A stretch of 64,000 nucleotides of DNA, taken from NCBI GenBank assembly GCA_016748015.1, contig JAAOMT010000647.1:128880-192879 (forward strand). Direction: 5' to 3'. Positions 25,920-41,600 of the stretch are shown piece after piece. The stretch's first letter is position 1; the number at the start of each line of letters is the position of its first letter. Source of the DNA: Geosiphon pyriformis uo1. Lineage: Eukaryota > Fungi > Glomeromycota. Both the position numbers and the translations under genes were made by a program. The notes below the pieces were generated by a model. That model was not told the DNA's origin and ran no database searches. It saw nothing but the letters and a program-made list of their open reading frames with translations.

Positions 25920-28900
25920 TGTTATGGTTGGAATAACAAGTAAATAGATAGCAAGGAAGAACAGGATTGTAGAATAATAAAAGAAATCAAATAAAATTCA
26001 ACTTTAAAGAGTAAATTAAATAAGTATGAATTCAATGTGTAAGATTAGTCTCATAAAATATCTCAGTTGCAATACTTTTTAAAAAATAACCAGGGAATTT
26101 GAAGGTAAAAGAATAGTCCGTACTGTCAACAAATGATCACATTCTAGTATAATTCTATGTCTTATATTAGTGCTCTTACAATTCAATATCAGATATCAGA
26201 TGTATTTTTCAGTCAAATTTTATTTAATAATCTTTAAATGCTGTAATTACATATTTTGGGAAAAAGGTAGGGAATAACCAATAAGTAATTTTTTATCTTT
26301 ATGATGTTCAGATACTTAAAGATAGAGAAAGAGAAATTAATGAGAAGAGATAAAGTTGTTATTTTATTTTTTTATTTTTTTTTGATTCTTATATACTTTT
26401 CTGCAGCTAAAAGATTCATCACTTATATAGCTATCAAAAGTAATTAATGATCAGATCAATGATCACTATCTAAAAATAGAGTGGTTAATTATGTGATATT
26501 AGTGGCTAATACATGTAATAATTAATAAGAAGTATAGGTTTTAACCATAATATCATCCTCTTCAAAAAGATTAAACTCCAGCAAAATCAAGCTATTTATA
26601 GTATAATTTATTTAAAAAGTTTTATTTAACTTAAAGCTAACTAGTTTGTTGAAGTCTTTTGTGGATAGAGTATATAATACTTGAGATGAAATGAGTTTTG
26701 TATTCAAAAAACCAAATCTTTGTATTAGAATTTTGGCTCTTTTAGCAATAGTTAAAACTCTTGGAACATCTAACTGTATAATGTCCAAAATTTCTGTTTG
26801 TATCTTTGAAGTTGTTTTCTTCATGAGTTTTATATTTTTTATGATTTCACCAAGACAATCATAGAGTTCTAATTGTCTTTTATATAATAAATTTTTGTCT
26901 ATAGGCAAGATTTCTTGGATTGTTTTTTCAATTGTGTTAGAAGATGAGAATATAACTGCTGTTATACTTTTTAACAAATATTTATCTATTTTATTACCAA
27001 TTTTTTTTCTTCTGATAGTGGTTTTCTTTGGTTTAATAACAGTATATATTCTATTGTTATTAGTAATAGTAGTTTGTTTTCCAATAGTCAGAGTAGCATT
27101 TGAATAGTTTTTGATCCAATACTCATGGAGAGCATAGAAGGCATTTTGAATGTTTTGATTCAAAAAATAATTGTTTATGGCAATTAAAAATACCTCTGTT
27201 TTGAAAACAGTACATTTATTTATACTTGATTTTTGCTGATTATTTGGGTTGGTATTATTATAACAGGCAACCAATCAAATTATTTATGATATTTTTTGAG
27301 TTGTGTACTATAAACAGGATAATTATTGAAGATTGTTTTAGATTGATCTTGAAGAATATAAGAACTATTGTTCAAAACTTTGTTGACTATAAAGGGTTCT
27401 TTCCACTGGCTAGAAAATTTATTACTATAAACATTATCTCTGTCTGAATGGTATTCCAATACCAAGTTACCAATACTTAAAGAAAGTGTTTTATAGGTTT
27501 TCTTCTTTTTAAGCTTTTTTTGAAACTGTTTTATCTTTTCAAAAGCAATTATTTGTGCTTTTATCAAGAAGTTAAGAATAGTACCAAAATGTTTTTGTAA
27601 TTTTCTATTGTGATCTTTTTAAAAAGTATTGTTTTAATATTAGTTTCTATTGATAGTGTTGTCATGCATCCATAGAACAGATAAAAAAGTTTATAATCTG
27701 TTATGTCATAATTTACAGTTCTATAAACAAACAAAGCTAAAGACAGTACTTTGTCTTATAAGTTGGTTTCTTTACTGGTTTTGGCTAGAGTTTTACATAG
27801 TGCTCTATAAAAATGTTTTACTAGGTCATTTGTTTGAGAGTAATAAGAAAAAAAAAGTTTATAACATATTCTCATTTTTCTACAAAGTTCTTCAACTAGT
27901 GTACTGAAAAAAGCTCTTTTTCTATCAGATAAAAGTTCTTTGAGGCAGCCATAATAGCAGATGATATCTTCATAAATGAAATTGGCTATTGAAAATGCTG
28001 TTTGGTCTGGAATAACTCTTGCTTCTACTCACTTTGTAAGATAGTTGGTAGCTGTAATAATGTATCTGTTGTCATCAGAAGTTATTGTTAAAAGTCTAAT
28101 AATATCTATATTAATTTTGTCAAATGGTTGATCAACAGAGATTGGATAGATATTTTTTTTGTGATTGGATTTATCTTTTCTTTGGTAGATGTCACAGGTT
28201 TTGATATATTCAGCAATGTCTTTTTCTAAGGTAGGCCAATAATAACAAACTAAGGTTTTCTGAATTGTTTTTGTTTTTCCAAAGTGTTTAGCTAATAAGT
28301 CAGTGTATATGTTGTATATTACAATTTCTTTTTCTTCAAATCTAATAACTCTTTGGGGGCAGTCAGGATCTTTTCTGTTTCTTTTATATAACTGGTTCTG
28401 GTGAATTAAATAGAAATTTGATTGTTTGTGCAAATGATCTCTTTGCTGTTAAGTGTAGTCTAATGGGTATTGTTCTTTACCCAAAAATTCTATTAAAACA
28501 GAATAGTTGTTCAAGTCCATTATTGTGTTTGTTTATAAGGGAGTTACTAATAATTAAGTTGGTTTGGTTGAAAAGTTGTACTATTACTGGATAGTAAGTT
28601 TGAAGAGAGCATCAACATTTTGATGATTAGCTCCTTTGTGATGTTGAATATCATAGTCAAATTCATCCAGATGGAGTATTCAGTAAATTATTCATTTATG
28701 TTCCAACTTTTTTTTGTTGTACAGCCAAACCAAGACTTAATGATCTGTTACTACTAGGAATTTCACACCAAGAAAATATTGATCCCAATAATTAATAGCC
28801 CAAACTACTGCTAAACATTTTTGTTTAGTTACTGAATAGTTTTTTTCTGCTTGTATAAGAGATCTACTGGCATATGCTATAGTATATTCTCTGCCATTTT

Positions 28901-31900
28901 CATTTTTTTATAAAAAAACAGCACCAAGTCCATAGCCAGATGCATTAGTGTGGAGGATAAAAGATTGGTCCAAGTCAGATTGTTTGAGAATTGGTTTAGT
29001 AACAAGTTTTTCCTTCAAAATTTCAAAAACTTTTTGTTAATGAATGCTCCAGTAATAAGAAGCCAAACCAAAGAAAGAGCATAGTTCAAGAACATTTATT
29101 GGTTGTCTAATGTTCTGAACTTTTTCAATTTTAGCTGGGTCAGGGAAAATTCTATCTTTTGTAATAAGATGACTGAGAAACTAGGTGAATTGGCATCCAA
29201 AAAAAGATTTGATTAGATTGATCTTAAGACCAGCATTTTTAAGGAGGTCAAAAATCTTTTGCAAGTGTTCAAAGTGTTTATCTCAGGTTTTTGAGTATAC
29301 CATTATGTTATCTAAGTAGACCAGAACAAAGTTTTCTTTTACTGATTTAAATACTTTGTCCATTAGGTATTGAAAAATAGGAAAAGCATTAATAAGACCA
29401 AAAAGCATGACTGTAAATTCATAGGTGCTATACTTAATAATAAAGACAGTTTTTTTTCTGCTTTCTAAATTCATCTCTACTTGTTAAAATCTAGCAGTTA
29501 AGTCAATAGTTGAGAAGAAAGCAGCACCATTGAATTTGTCTAACATTGCATCAATTTTGGGAAATGGATATATGTCTTTTATAGTGATAGCATTTAATTA
29601 GCAGTAGTCAATACAGAAACGTAAAGTTCTACTTTTTTTGGATACCACTACAATTGAAAAAGCCCATTTATTCTTGGTTTTTTGTATAAACTCAAGATCT
29701 TTTATCTGGTTTATCTTTTTTTTGATAAACTTATTATTGTATTAATTAAATTAATAAGACTTCAAATAAATAGAATAAGTTTTTTTGGTGGTAATAGTGT
29801 GTTGTATCACATGGGTTTGTCCAGAGATGTTACTTTCTTTTGAAATAACTGGGCTATTTTTAGCCAATAGATTTTCAATGTATATTTTTTTTTTTCAGGA
29901 GAGAGTTTTTTTTGTTTTATTACAAGTAATTAAATTTCAGTTGGTTCATTCTCAAAAGACTTCTGTATTTCTTTTAGTTTTTTTCTGGATATTAAATTAA
30001 TTGGCTTCCAATCTTTGTAATAGATTAGACAGGACTTGTATTCATTATTAAGAGAATACAAAGGTTTATTATACTAGTATCTGGCACAAAGACCATACTA
30101 TTAATAGCTGTATTTGGCTTTTTTGTTAGGTTTTCTATTAAAGGTTTTTCTGAAAATATTATAGTAAGGTCAGCAAATCAGCTTGTCATTTACCATGATT
30201 TTTTTTTTGTTAACTTTAACATTTTTTAGTAACTTGCTATTGCTGGTAAAAATAGTATAAACGAATTTAGCAGTTTTTTCTTGTTCTTTTTGATCTTTTT
30301 CTTCATCATTCTTATTATCATCTGATTTATTTGATTGTTTTTCTTCTTGGTTTTGCTTGATTACTGAAGAAGTTGTCCAATGATAGCATTTAACCACAAT
30401 GAGTTTCTCACTACATCTGATGGTTAGCTTGCAAAGTACATAGTCAAATAGTGTTTTGGCTTTCTTAAGCCACTCATTACCAACAATGATGGTATACTCT
30501 TTTGCTTTAGACACTTCCATGTCTGTTTCAATGCTGATACTATTGATGTGAACAGAAACAGCTTTGGTTATATTTAGATCTTTTTTTTTGTCACCATGTA
30601 TATTGGTCATAGGCTGAGTAAAAAGTTTATCAATCTTTCTTCCAATGGCTTCCAAAAAGTGTTTGGCAATTACACTAACAGATAATTCACTGTCTAGGAT
30701 CAAATCAATAAAGTAACCAGCCACTTGGACTTTGCAAATTAGAGGAGTGATATTGCTATTGTCAGCAAGTCCAGTTTGATAAGAATGCTTGTTGGTTTTT
30801 GGTATCTTCTTCTTTGGTATCAATGATTTGTGAAGATCTTTTTTGAACTGTAGATGGGTCATTAGTTGACCAAATGTAATGTACACTGGAGTTTTCATGA
30901 GTTTTTTAACAACAGAATAGAGTCCAGATTTTTGTAATATTTCTGAAGATTCCAATTTTGAAGAATTTTTAAAAACTTTAGTCTTTGGCAGCTCATTGTT
31001 GTCAGTAGTGAAAGTTGAGACTTTGTTGGGATCTAAAACAAAATCAATCTTGGCTTTCTTCTTTTTTCTTGTTGAGTCAGAAGTGTTGATTGCCAGTTTA
31101 TCTATATTATGGTCATTATCAGTTAAGTTAAAAATGTAAAAAAGGTTTTCTTCTGGTTGGCTTGCACTTTCACTCTTTAAAGGTGCGCCTACTAGTTTAA
31201 AGACTAATAAACAGTAGCTTCAACTAGAAGATCCTCTCCAAAGAAATTGATGTTGGTATGATTGGGTTTTTGATTAGGGGCATTATTGTTAATAGTTCTG
31301 TTATTTTGATTGTTATTGTTTTTAGGAATTGGAGGGAGCAAAGGAGGATTATTGCAATCTCTGAAAATATGTTCAGTTAATCCACAGCAATAACACACAA
31401 GTGGATCATGATTTTGTTGTCTTTAATAAAGGGGTTGCTGGGACTGATTAAAATGGAATTCAAATTTGGGTCTTTGAAGTTGCTAATTGTCTCTGACTGC
31501 TTGGGTTAATGATTTTAATAGCTGAACAAGGTTAGCAGTAAGTCTGTTTATTAATTGTTCATTGGGGTTTTGAGTATGAGTGGCAAAAGATGTAGCAGCT
31601 ATTTGTGGAACTGGAGCCATGGCAGGAACAAGAACAAAAACTAGAAGTGTGGATTCCAAATGCATCTTTTGGCTATCTTCAATTTTTTGTGCCAGTTCAA
31701 TAGCTATGTCTATTTTTGAGTTGTCTTTTAAAACCAAGAAAGGCCAAAGAGCATACAATAAATTGGTTTTTAATTCTTTTGTAAAGAAATAGATCTTTTG
31801 CTTTTCTGTCCAGTTTCTCCTAGAGTTTACATGTTTGATTAGCTTTTTGATAGCTTTAGCATATTTAGTCACTACTTTTCCAGGGCCTTGGGTTCTTTTT

Positions 31901-33449
31901 TTCAATTCCATGTGCCATTTGGATATTAATATTGGGATTCTGAACTTGGTCTCAAACCAAATAATAAAAAAGGTATTTTCTTTTTTAGCATTAGTTGGTA
32001 TCCATCTGATTATTCTGTGTTAAGCATTGGCATCTGTTTTTTGTGAGAACCAGGTAGCAGAAGAGTCTTGAAGATAGCCACCAATGATTTGGAACTTGTA
32101 TTCTTCATCATACTGGTTGGCTGTGACAGCTCTCTCAAAATCATTCAACCATTTAATTAGATCTTGTGTATTACCTCTAAATAGTGATAATGGAGTGTTG
32201 TTTCTTTGTCCTAAAGCAGTCTGTATACCTTGGAGAACAATCAGGATATTTTGTTGCATAAGGTCTTGGGTCATTGGTTCAGGAGTAACTGTTTGTGTGG
32301 AATGTTTTGATTTACTTAAGAAGAGATCAAAAACAGGAGTGGTTTAATAGCTTTCTTCTTTTGTTTCAAAGAAAGTTACTGCTAGCTGATAAGCAGTAAT
32401 CCAAATGTGAATTTGGTAATTTAGGTTTTCAGAATCAAGGGGCAGTTGTTCAAAAGTTATGGAGTATAAAAGCTAATTAATACTATTGTTTCTTTCTTCA
32501 AAATTGTATTTAAGATAAGCTTGGTCAAAATAATAAGTTGTATAGGCTGTATATGTTTCAGCTGAATGCTCATTCAGGAACCAGTTCTGAAAGTCTTGGA
32601 ATTGTTTGCTAAATTGTTCTTCAATGGAGAAACAAATCAAGCAAGAGGACAAAGGATTAAGTTCAATAAAGTCTAGATTGTTTTTGTTATGTGCTTCAAA
32701 GTGTTCTTCTGATTGTTGTAATAAATATGAATAATTACTCATACAATAAAAAACAAAGTGGATTTTGACAACTTTATAAAAAGCACCACTTTTATGTTAT
32801 AAGTTAGAATAACAAGCTAACAGATAACAAAGGAGAACAGAATTGTAGGGTGATGAAAAAAATCAAATAAAATTCAACTTCAAAGAATGAATTGAATTAA
32901 TATAGATTCAATGTACAAGATCAGTTTTATAAAATATCTCAGTTACTATACTTTTTAAAGGATAACCAAAGAATTTGAAGGTAAAGAAATAGTCTGCACT
33001 GTCAACAAATGATCACACTCTGATATAATTTTATGCCTTATGTTGGTGCTCTTAGAATTCAATATTAGGTATCAGATGTACTTTTTAGTCACATTTTATT
33101 CAATAATCTTCAAATGCTGCAATTACATATTTTGGAAAAAAGATAGGGAATAACCAATAAGTAATCTTTTATTTTTAAGATATTCAGATACTTGAAGGTA
33201 GGAAAAGAAAAATTAGCAAGAAGAGAAAGATTAAGATGAAGTTGTTATTTTATTTCTTTATTTCTTTTAATTCTTATATATTTTTCTATAGCTAAAAAAT
33301 TCATTACTTATATAGCTATTAAAAGTGGTTAATAATCAGATCAACAACTAGGTCAATAATCACTATCTAAAAATAGAGTGGCTAATTATGTGACATCAGT
33401 GGCTAATACATGTAATAATTAATAAAAAGTATAGGTTTTAACCATAATA
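25920..33449 (-). mobile_element. Full-length Gypsy family-2 copy F (7,530 bp, no dUTPase)
   Basis: LTRs 25920-26552 and 32795-33449, perfect TSD GTAT, PBS ~32775-32788, gag (CYCCGLTEHIFRDC), protease (LILDSE), RT, RNase H, integrase, ORF3. Confidence 0.96.
26612..27274 (-). CDS. ORF3 of copy F, 220 aa open frame, unknown function
   Basis: Uninterrupted frame between integrase and PPT; homologous frame at 41925-42596. Confidence 0.7.
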   Translation of the reverse strand: MVACYNNTNPNNQQKSSINKCTVFKTEVFLIAINNYFLNQNIQNAFYALHEYWIKNYSNATLTIGKQTTITNNNRIYTVIKPKKTTIRRKKIGNKIDKYLLKSITAVIFSSSNTIEKTIQEILPIDKNLLYKRQLELYDCLGEIIKNIKLMKKTTSKIQTEILDIIQLDVPRVLTIAKRAKILIQRFGFLNTKLISSQVLYTLSTKDFNKLVSFKLNKTF

Positions 33450-35676
33450 GTATTTTTGTATCAAATAATCACTTTGTTTTATCCATATATAAGTTCTGAA
33501 TATTCAGATGTTGTCTTAAATAAAAATAACAAAAGTTTCTTAGAAATTGTTGTATCTACTAGTTCCAAGTTTTTTTGGTCAATTCTTGGTATAGTATAAC
33601 TTTTGTTTGTACTTCTATTGCCATTTTTACTTTTAGAATTATTTTGTTAATGATGTTTTTTGGTTTTCTCTGTACTTTGTATTGGGGTTTTTTCTTTGTA
33701 TCTTTATATCAAATAATTTTTTGGTTAATTGTAATTTCCATATTTTGTTGTTGAATTAGTTGGAATAATTGTTGTGCCAGTATGTGGATATTGTTAATAA
33801 TTTCCATTTTTTTGGTATTTTTTGTCACATGCTAATTTTTTATATAAAGTTTTGATGTTTTAATTTAATATGTTCATGTTGATAATTATTATTGGTTCTA
33901 AATTTCATGGAATTTTTTCTGGTTGAACTAGTATTCTCTGTATTCTCAATTGTAGAATATTATTGGTTAATAATAATACTATACTATGGTATAGTTTTAG
34001 TTGATCATTATGTGCTGCTTTGGCTAAAATTTTGTTGTTTTATTTTAATTTATAAGCTCTATTTCTTAGAATTTCTTCTATGTAAAATAATCTATCCCAT
34101 TTGGGGTCAAATTTTTTATTCTATTGTTTTTCTGCTTTGGTACAATATAATAGTACTTTGTCTCCAATCCTGAATTTTATTGGTTTGTTTGATAACTGGC
34201 TATTATGTTATTTTTTTTGTTTTTTTTGTGATTTTTGAATATTATCAGCTGTTTTTTGTCTTTTGTTTTCTAGTGTTTCCATTAATTTGTATGTTTTTCT
34301 TAATAATGTTTTTTGGAAATTGGCTTCTGTTATTGGTTTTGTTGGATATATATTAATGTTTATTTCTATTGGTAATGTTGCTGTTCTATTATAAACAAAT
34401 TCAAATAGTATTGCTTGTGTGGTATCTTGTTTCATTGTTCAATAAGCAAATAACATTGATAGAATAAACAAATCCCATTCATTCTGATTTTTTTAACTGA
34501 TTTTGGCAATTGCTTTATACAATGTTCTATTAAATCTTTCAACTAAACCATTTGTTTGTGGATAATATAATAATGATAATAGTCTCTTGATCTTAAATCT
34601 TTGGCTTAATTTTGCTAATGTTTTGTTTACAAAATGAGTTCTTTAATCTGATAACAATTTTTTTAGACATCTATGCTAACAAATCAAATCTTGGTGAGCA
34701 AATTTGGCTACAGATTCTGTATTCACTCTTTGAATTGCTTTCATTTCTGGCCATTTTGTAAGATAGTTTATGGCTACTGCTATATAATGGTTGCTTTTGC
34801 TGATTATTGTTAATAGTCCAACTAAGTTAATTCCAATTCTGTCAAATGGTTGTTCTACTTTAATTGGTTTTAGTGATTTATTAAGGTTTGTTCTTTTTCT
34901 TCTTTAACAAGTATCACAATTTTGAACATATTGATAGCCAATAGTATTTTTTTCTGGTTCTTTTTATGGTTGCTTCTTTATGAAAGTGTCCTGCTGTTGA
35001 ATCTAAGTACATATTGTATAGTATTGTTTTTTTTTTGATTTTGTGATTACTCTGAGTAGTTGATTTAGATTTTTTCTGTTTTTCTGGTATAATATATTTT
35101 GGTGAGTAATAAAATATTTGGATTGTTGTTTTATGTTGTTCTGTTTTTTTGGAGATAATTTCTCTTTAAACTACTAAGTATTAATATAGTGTTGGAATTG
35201 TTGATATTTTTGTGTATTTATCTTTTATTATATTTTTGGGTTGTAATGTTCTTAGATTTGTTTTATTTACAACAAACCATTGGTATTTCTATTTTCTTTT
35301 CTTTTTTTATAATGTACTGTATATTTGAATAGTAAAAGTTTTATTTTTTATCTGACATGGCAGTCATTTCCAAATTTTTGCTTCTGAATTAATGTCAATT
35401 CTTTGTAATCAGTGTATATGTCAAATTTTTGGCTCAAGTATTTCTTCTATTTTATAACTGCCCAATAAATAGCTAAGTGTTCTAATGCTGGTATCTTATA
35501 GTTTTTTTCAGCTGGACTTAAGCTGTAACTAGTATATGCTACTGGATGTTCTCTTCTATTGTGTCCTCTCTGTAATAATACTGCTTAACCTAATACATTA
35601 GTGGTAATAATAAATGGTTTGTTATGATCTAAATAGATTAATACTGGTGCTTAGATGAGCTTTCTTCTTAAAGTAT

Positions 35677-38600
35677 TGTTATGATTAAAATCTATATCTC
35701 TTATTAATTATCACATGTATTAGCCACTAATATCATATAATTAACCATTCTATTTTTAAATAGTAATTATTGACCTGATCAATAACTTAACCATTGACTT
35801 AATCATTGATCACTTTTAATAGCTATATAAGGGATGAATTTTTTAGCTGTAGAAAAGCATATAAGAAAAAGAAAAAAATAAAATAAAATAATAACTTCAT
35901 CTCAATTTTTTTCTTATCACTAATTTCTCTTTCTCTACCTTCAAGTATCTAAACATCTTAAAGATAAAAGATTACTTATTGGTTATTTCCTACCCTTTTC
36001 CTGAAACATGTAATTGTAGCATTTAAAAATTATTAAATAAAACATGACTGAAGAGTACATCTAATATCTGATATTGAATTCTAAAAGTGCTGATGTAAGA
36101 CATAAAATTATACCAGTGTGTAATTATTTGTTAACAGTATGAACTATCTCTCTATCTTTAGATTCCCCAGTTATCTTTTGAAAAGTATAGTAACTGAGAT
36201 ATTTTATGAGACTAATCTTGCATATTGAATTTATACTTATTTAATTCGCTTTTTGAAGTTGAATTTTCTTTGATTCCTTTTCATTACTCTACAATCTTGT
36301 TTTTCTTTGCTATCTATTAGCTTGTTACTCCAACCTATAACATAAAAGTGGTGCTTTCTGTAAGGTTGTTAAAATTTACTTTGTTTCTTATTGTATGGAT
36401 AATTATTCATATCTGTCACAATAATCAAAAAAACACTTTGAAGTATACAACAAAAATGATCTAGACTTTATTGAACTTAATCCTTTGTCTTTTTGCTTGA
36501 TTTGCTTCTCCATTAAAAAACAATCCAGTAGACAATTTTAAGACTTTTGGAACTGGTTCCTAAATGAGCATTCAGCTGAAACTTACACAGCTTATACAAC
36601 TTATTACTTTGACCAAGCTTATTCTGAAGATAACTTTGAAGAAAGAAACAACAGTATCAATTAGCTTTTATACTCAACCACCTTTGAACAACAGCTTCCT
36701 GATTCTAAATATCTAAATTACCAAATTCATATTTGGATTGCTGCTTATTAGCTAGTAGAGACTCCTTTTGAAACAAAAAAAGAAAGCTATCAAACTGCTC
36801 CTGTTTTTGACTTCTTCTTAAGTAAATCAGAACATTATACACAAACAGTTACTTCTGAACCAATGGCTCAAAACTCTATACAATAAAACATTTTAATTGC
36901 CTTCTAAGGTATATAGACTGTTTTAGGGTGAAGAAAAAACACCCCATTACTATTATTTAGAGATGATACTCAAGATCTAATTGAATGATTAGATGATTTT
37001 GAAAGAGCTGTCACAGCCAACCAATATAATAATGAATACAAGTTTCAAATCATTAGTGGCTATCTTCAAGACTTTTCTGCTACTTGGTTCTCACAAGAAA
37101 CTAATATTGGTGCTTACCAAAGAATTATTAGATAGACACCAACAAATGCTGGAGAAGAAAACACCTCTTTTACAACCCAGTTTAAAACTAAATTTAAAAC
37201 TCCTATTTTAATCTCAAAATGGTATATGAAATTAGAAAGAAGAACTTAAGACCTTTGTGAAGTTGTAACCAAATATGCCAAAGCAATCAGAAAGTTAATC
37301 AAGTGAATAGACCCTGGAAGGAATTGAACAGAAGAGCAAAAGATTTATTTCTTTACAAAAGAATTGAGAACTAATTTTTCCTATGCTTTTTGGCTCCTCT
37401 TAGTCCTAAAAGATAATTCTACAATAAATATGGCTATTGAACTTGCCCAGAGAATAAAAAACAATCAAAGAATGTACTTAAGATCTACACTTCCAGTTTT
37501 TGCTCCTGTTTTTGTTATGGCTTCTGCTTTCCAAATGGCTGCTACCTCATTTGCTTCCCAAACTCAAGACCCAAATGAACAGTTGATAGATAGACTTACA
37601 GCCAATCTTGCCTAGTTACTGGAATCCTTAATCCAAGCAGTCAAAGATAATTAGCAACCACAAAGACCCAGAATTGAAACCCGTTTTAATCAGCTCCAAC
37701 AACTCCCTTATCAAAGGCAACAAAATCATGGTCCATCTGTATGTTATCATTGTAGAGTAACTAGATATTTCTCCAAAGATTCCAACAATCCCCCATTGCC
37801 TCCCCCAGCTTCCAGAAATAATGACAATTAAAACAACAGAACCATTAACAACAATGTCTTTAATTAAAGACCCAATTATATCAACATCAATTTCTTTGGA
37901 AAGAATCCCCTAGTTAAAGCTACTGTATATTAGCCTTTAAACTGGTAGATGCATCTTCAAAAAATAAGAGTGCAAGCCAACCAGAAGAAAACCTTTTTTA
38001 TGCTTTTAACTAATTAATGATGACCATAACATGGATAAACTAACAATCAACATTTCTGAATCAACAAGAAAGAAAAAAAAAGCCAAGATTGATTTTGTTT
38101 TAGACCCAAACAAAGCATTCAAATCAACTGCTAATAACAATGAACCACCAAAGACTAAAGTTTTTAAAAATCCTCCAAAATTGGAATCTCCAGAAATAGT
38201 ACAAAAACCTGGCCCCTATTCTGTTGTTAAAGATCTCATAGAAACTTTTGCTTACATTATCTTTGGCCAGAGAATGACCCATCCCAAATTCAGAAAAAAT
38301 TTTTACAAATCTTTGGTTTTCAAGAAAAAGACACCAAAAATCAACAAAGTCTATGCCAAACTAAACTTGCTGACAACAACAATGTTACTCCTCTTATTTG
38401 TAAAGTTCAAATGGCTGGTTACTTTATAGATCTGATCCTGGACAGTAGATCATCTGTTAGTGTTATTGCTAAACACTTCTTAAAAGCAATTGGCAGAAAG
38501 ATTGATGAACTATTCACATGACTAATGACTGATGTACAGTGTAACAAGAAGAAAGATCTGAACATAGCCAAAGCTGTTCCTGTCTGAATCAACAGCATCA

Positions 38601-41600
38601 GCATTGAAACTGACATGGAAATATCTGAAGCAAAAAAATACATCATAATAATTGGCAATAAATGGCTCAAGAAAGCAAAAGTCTTGCTTAATTATGAACT
38701 CTGTAAACTGACCATCAGATGTAATAAAAAACCCATTATGGTTAAGTGTCACTATTGGACAACTCCTCTAATATTCAAACAAAGCCAAGAAGAAGAGCAA
38801 TTAGATAAGTCAGATAATGAAAAAAGTGACAAAAAAGATGAACAAAAAGAACAAAAAAAAACTGCTGAACTTGCCTATACCATTTTTACCAATAATGGCA
38901 AGCCATTAGATAATGTCAAAGCAGATAAAAAAAGAATCATGGTAAATGACAAGCTAATCTGCTGGTCCTATTATAATATTTTTAGAAGAATCTTTAACAG
39001 AAAGCCTGGCAAGAAAGCCAAATACAGTTATTGGTGATATGGTCTTTGTGTTTGGTATTGGTGCAACAAACTTTTGTATTCTTCTAGTAATAAATACAAG
39101 TCCTGCTTAATATATTACAAATATTGGGAGCCAATTAGTTTAATATCCAGAAAAAAACTAAAAGAAGTACAAAAGTCTTTTGAGAATAAACCAACTGAAA
39201 TCTAATTACTTGTAGTAGAATAAAAAAAACCCTCTCCTGAAAAAAAAAAATAGATATTGAAAATCTATTGGCTAAAAATAGCCCAATTATTTCAAAAAAA
39301 GTAACACCTCTGGACAAACTCATGTGATACAACACACTATTACCACCAAAGAAACTTATTCCATTCATTTGAAGTCTTATCAATCCAATTAATACAATAA
39401 TAAGTTTATTAAAAAAGAGATAAACCAGATAAAAGATCTTGAGTTCATACAAAAAACCAAGAATGAACGGGCTTTCTCAGTTGTAGTAGTATCCAAAAAA
39501 AATAGAACTTTACACTTCTGTATTGACTACTGCCAATTAAATGCTATCACTGTAAAAGACATGTATTTATCCCCAAAATTGATGCAATACTAGACAAATT
39601 CAATAGTGCTGCTTTCTTCTCAACTATTAACTTAACTGCTAGATTCTAACAAGTAGAGATGAATTCAGAAAGCAGAAAAAAAACTGTCTTTATTATTAAG
39701 TATAGCACTTATGAATTTACAATCATGCTTTTTGGTCTTACCAATGCTCTTCCCACTTTTCAATGCCTAATGAACAAAGTATTTAAATCAGTAAAAGAAA
39801 ACTTTGTTCTGGTCTACTTAGACAACATAATGGTATACTCAAAAATCTGGGATAAACACTTTGAACACTTGCAAAAGATTTTTGACCTTCTTAGAAATGC
39901 TGGCCTTAAAATCAACCCAATTAAATCTTTTTTTGGATGTCAATCCACCTAGTTCCTCAGTCATTTTATTATAAAAGATAGAATTTTCCCTGACCCAGCT
40001 AAAATTGAAAAAGTTCAGAACATTAGACAACCAATAAATGTTCTTGAACTATGCTCTTTCTTTGGTTTGGCTTCTTATTATTACAAATTTATTAAAGATT
40101 TCTCCAAAATCGTCTTTTTATCCAATTAGCTACTCAGAAAAAATGTCAATTATTACTGGGCCATTCATCAACAAAAAGTTTTTGAAATTCTGAAGGAAAA
40201 ACTTGTTACTAAACCAATTCTTAAACAATCTGACTTGGACCAATCTTTTATCTTCCACACTAATACATCTGGCTATGAACTTGGTGCTGTTTTCTTACAA
40301 AAAAATGAAAATGACAGAGAACATACTATAGCATATGCCAGTAGATCTTTTACACAAGCAGAAAAAAACTATTCAGTAACTGAACAAAAATGTTTAGCAA
40401 TAGTTTAGACTACTAATTATTGGGATCAATATTTTCTTGGTGTGAAATTCCTAGTGGTGACAGATTATTAAGTCTTGGTTTGGCTGTGCAACAAAAAAAA
40501 GTTGGAACATAAATAGATAACTTACTGAATATTTCATCTAAATGAATTTGACTATGATATTTAACATCACAAAGGAGCTAATCATCAAAATGTTGATGCT
40601 TTCTTCAAACTTACTATCCAGTAATAGTACAACTTTTCTACCAAACCAACTTAATTATTAGTAACTCCCTTATAAACAAACACAATAATAGACTTGGACA
40701 ACTATTCTGTTTTAATAGAATTTTTGGGTAAAGGGCATTACCCATTGGACTACACTTGACAGCAAAGAGATCATTTGTGTAAACAATCAAATTTCTATTT
40801 AATTCACCAGAACCAATTATATAAAAGAAACAAAAAAGATCCTGACTGTCTCTAAAGAGTTATTAGATTTGAAGAAAAAGAAATTGTAATATATAACATG
40901 TACACTGACTCATTAGCTGAACACTTTGGAAAAACAAAAACAATTCAGAAAACCTTAGTTTGTTATTATTGGCCTATCTTAGAAAAAGACATTGCTGAAT
41001 ATATCAAAACCTGTGACATTTACCAAAGAAGAAATAAACCCAATCACAAAAAAAATATCCATCCAATCTCTGTTGATCAACCATTTGACAAAATTGATAT
41101 AGATGTTGTTGGACCTTTAACAATAACTTCTAATGGCAACAGATATATTATTACAGCTACCAACTATCTTACAAAGTGGGTAGAAGCAAGAGTTATTCCA
41201 GACCAAACAGCATTTTCAATAGCTAATTTCATTTATGAAGATATTATCTGCTATTATGGCTGCCCCAAAGAACTTTTATCTGATAGAAAAAGAGCTTTTC
41301 TCAGTACACTAGTTAAAGAACTTTGTAGAAAAATAAGAATATGTCATAAACTTTTTTTTTCTTACTACTCTCAAACAAATGGCCTAGTAGAACATTTTAA
41401 TAGAGCACTATGTAAAACTCTAGCCAAAACCAGTAAAGAAACAAACTTATAAGACAAAGTACTGTCTTTAGCTTTGTTTGTTTATAGAACTGTGAATTAT
41501 GACATAACAGATTATAAACTTTTTTATCTGTTCTATGGATGCATGACAACACTATCAATAGAAACTAATATTAAAACAATACTTTTTGAAAAGATCACAA

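Noticed and set aside
26895-27107. Hydrophobic antisense ORFs (also 1044-1280, 14008-14433, 33892-34173, 42101-42313, 47622-47960) as membrane proteins
   Set aside because: They are shadows of A-rich TE coding strands; the T-rich complement yields F/L/I/V by composition.
26612-27274. ORF3 as an env gene
   Set aside because: Short, Lys-rich and hydrophilic; no signal peptide, TM anchor or fusion-protein features visible.
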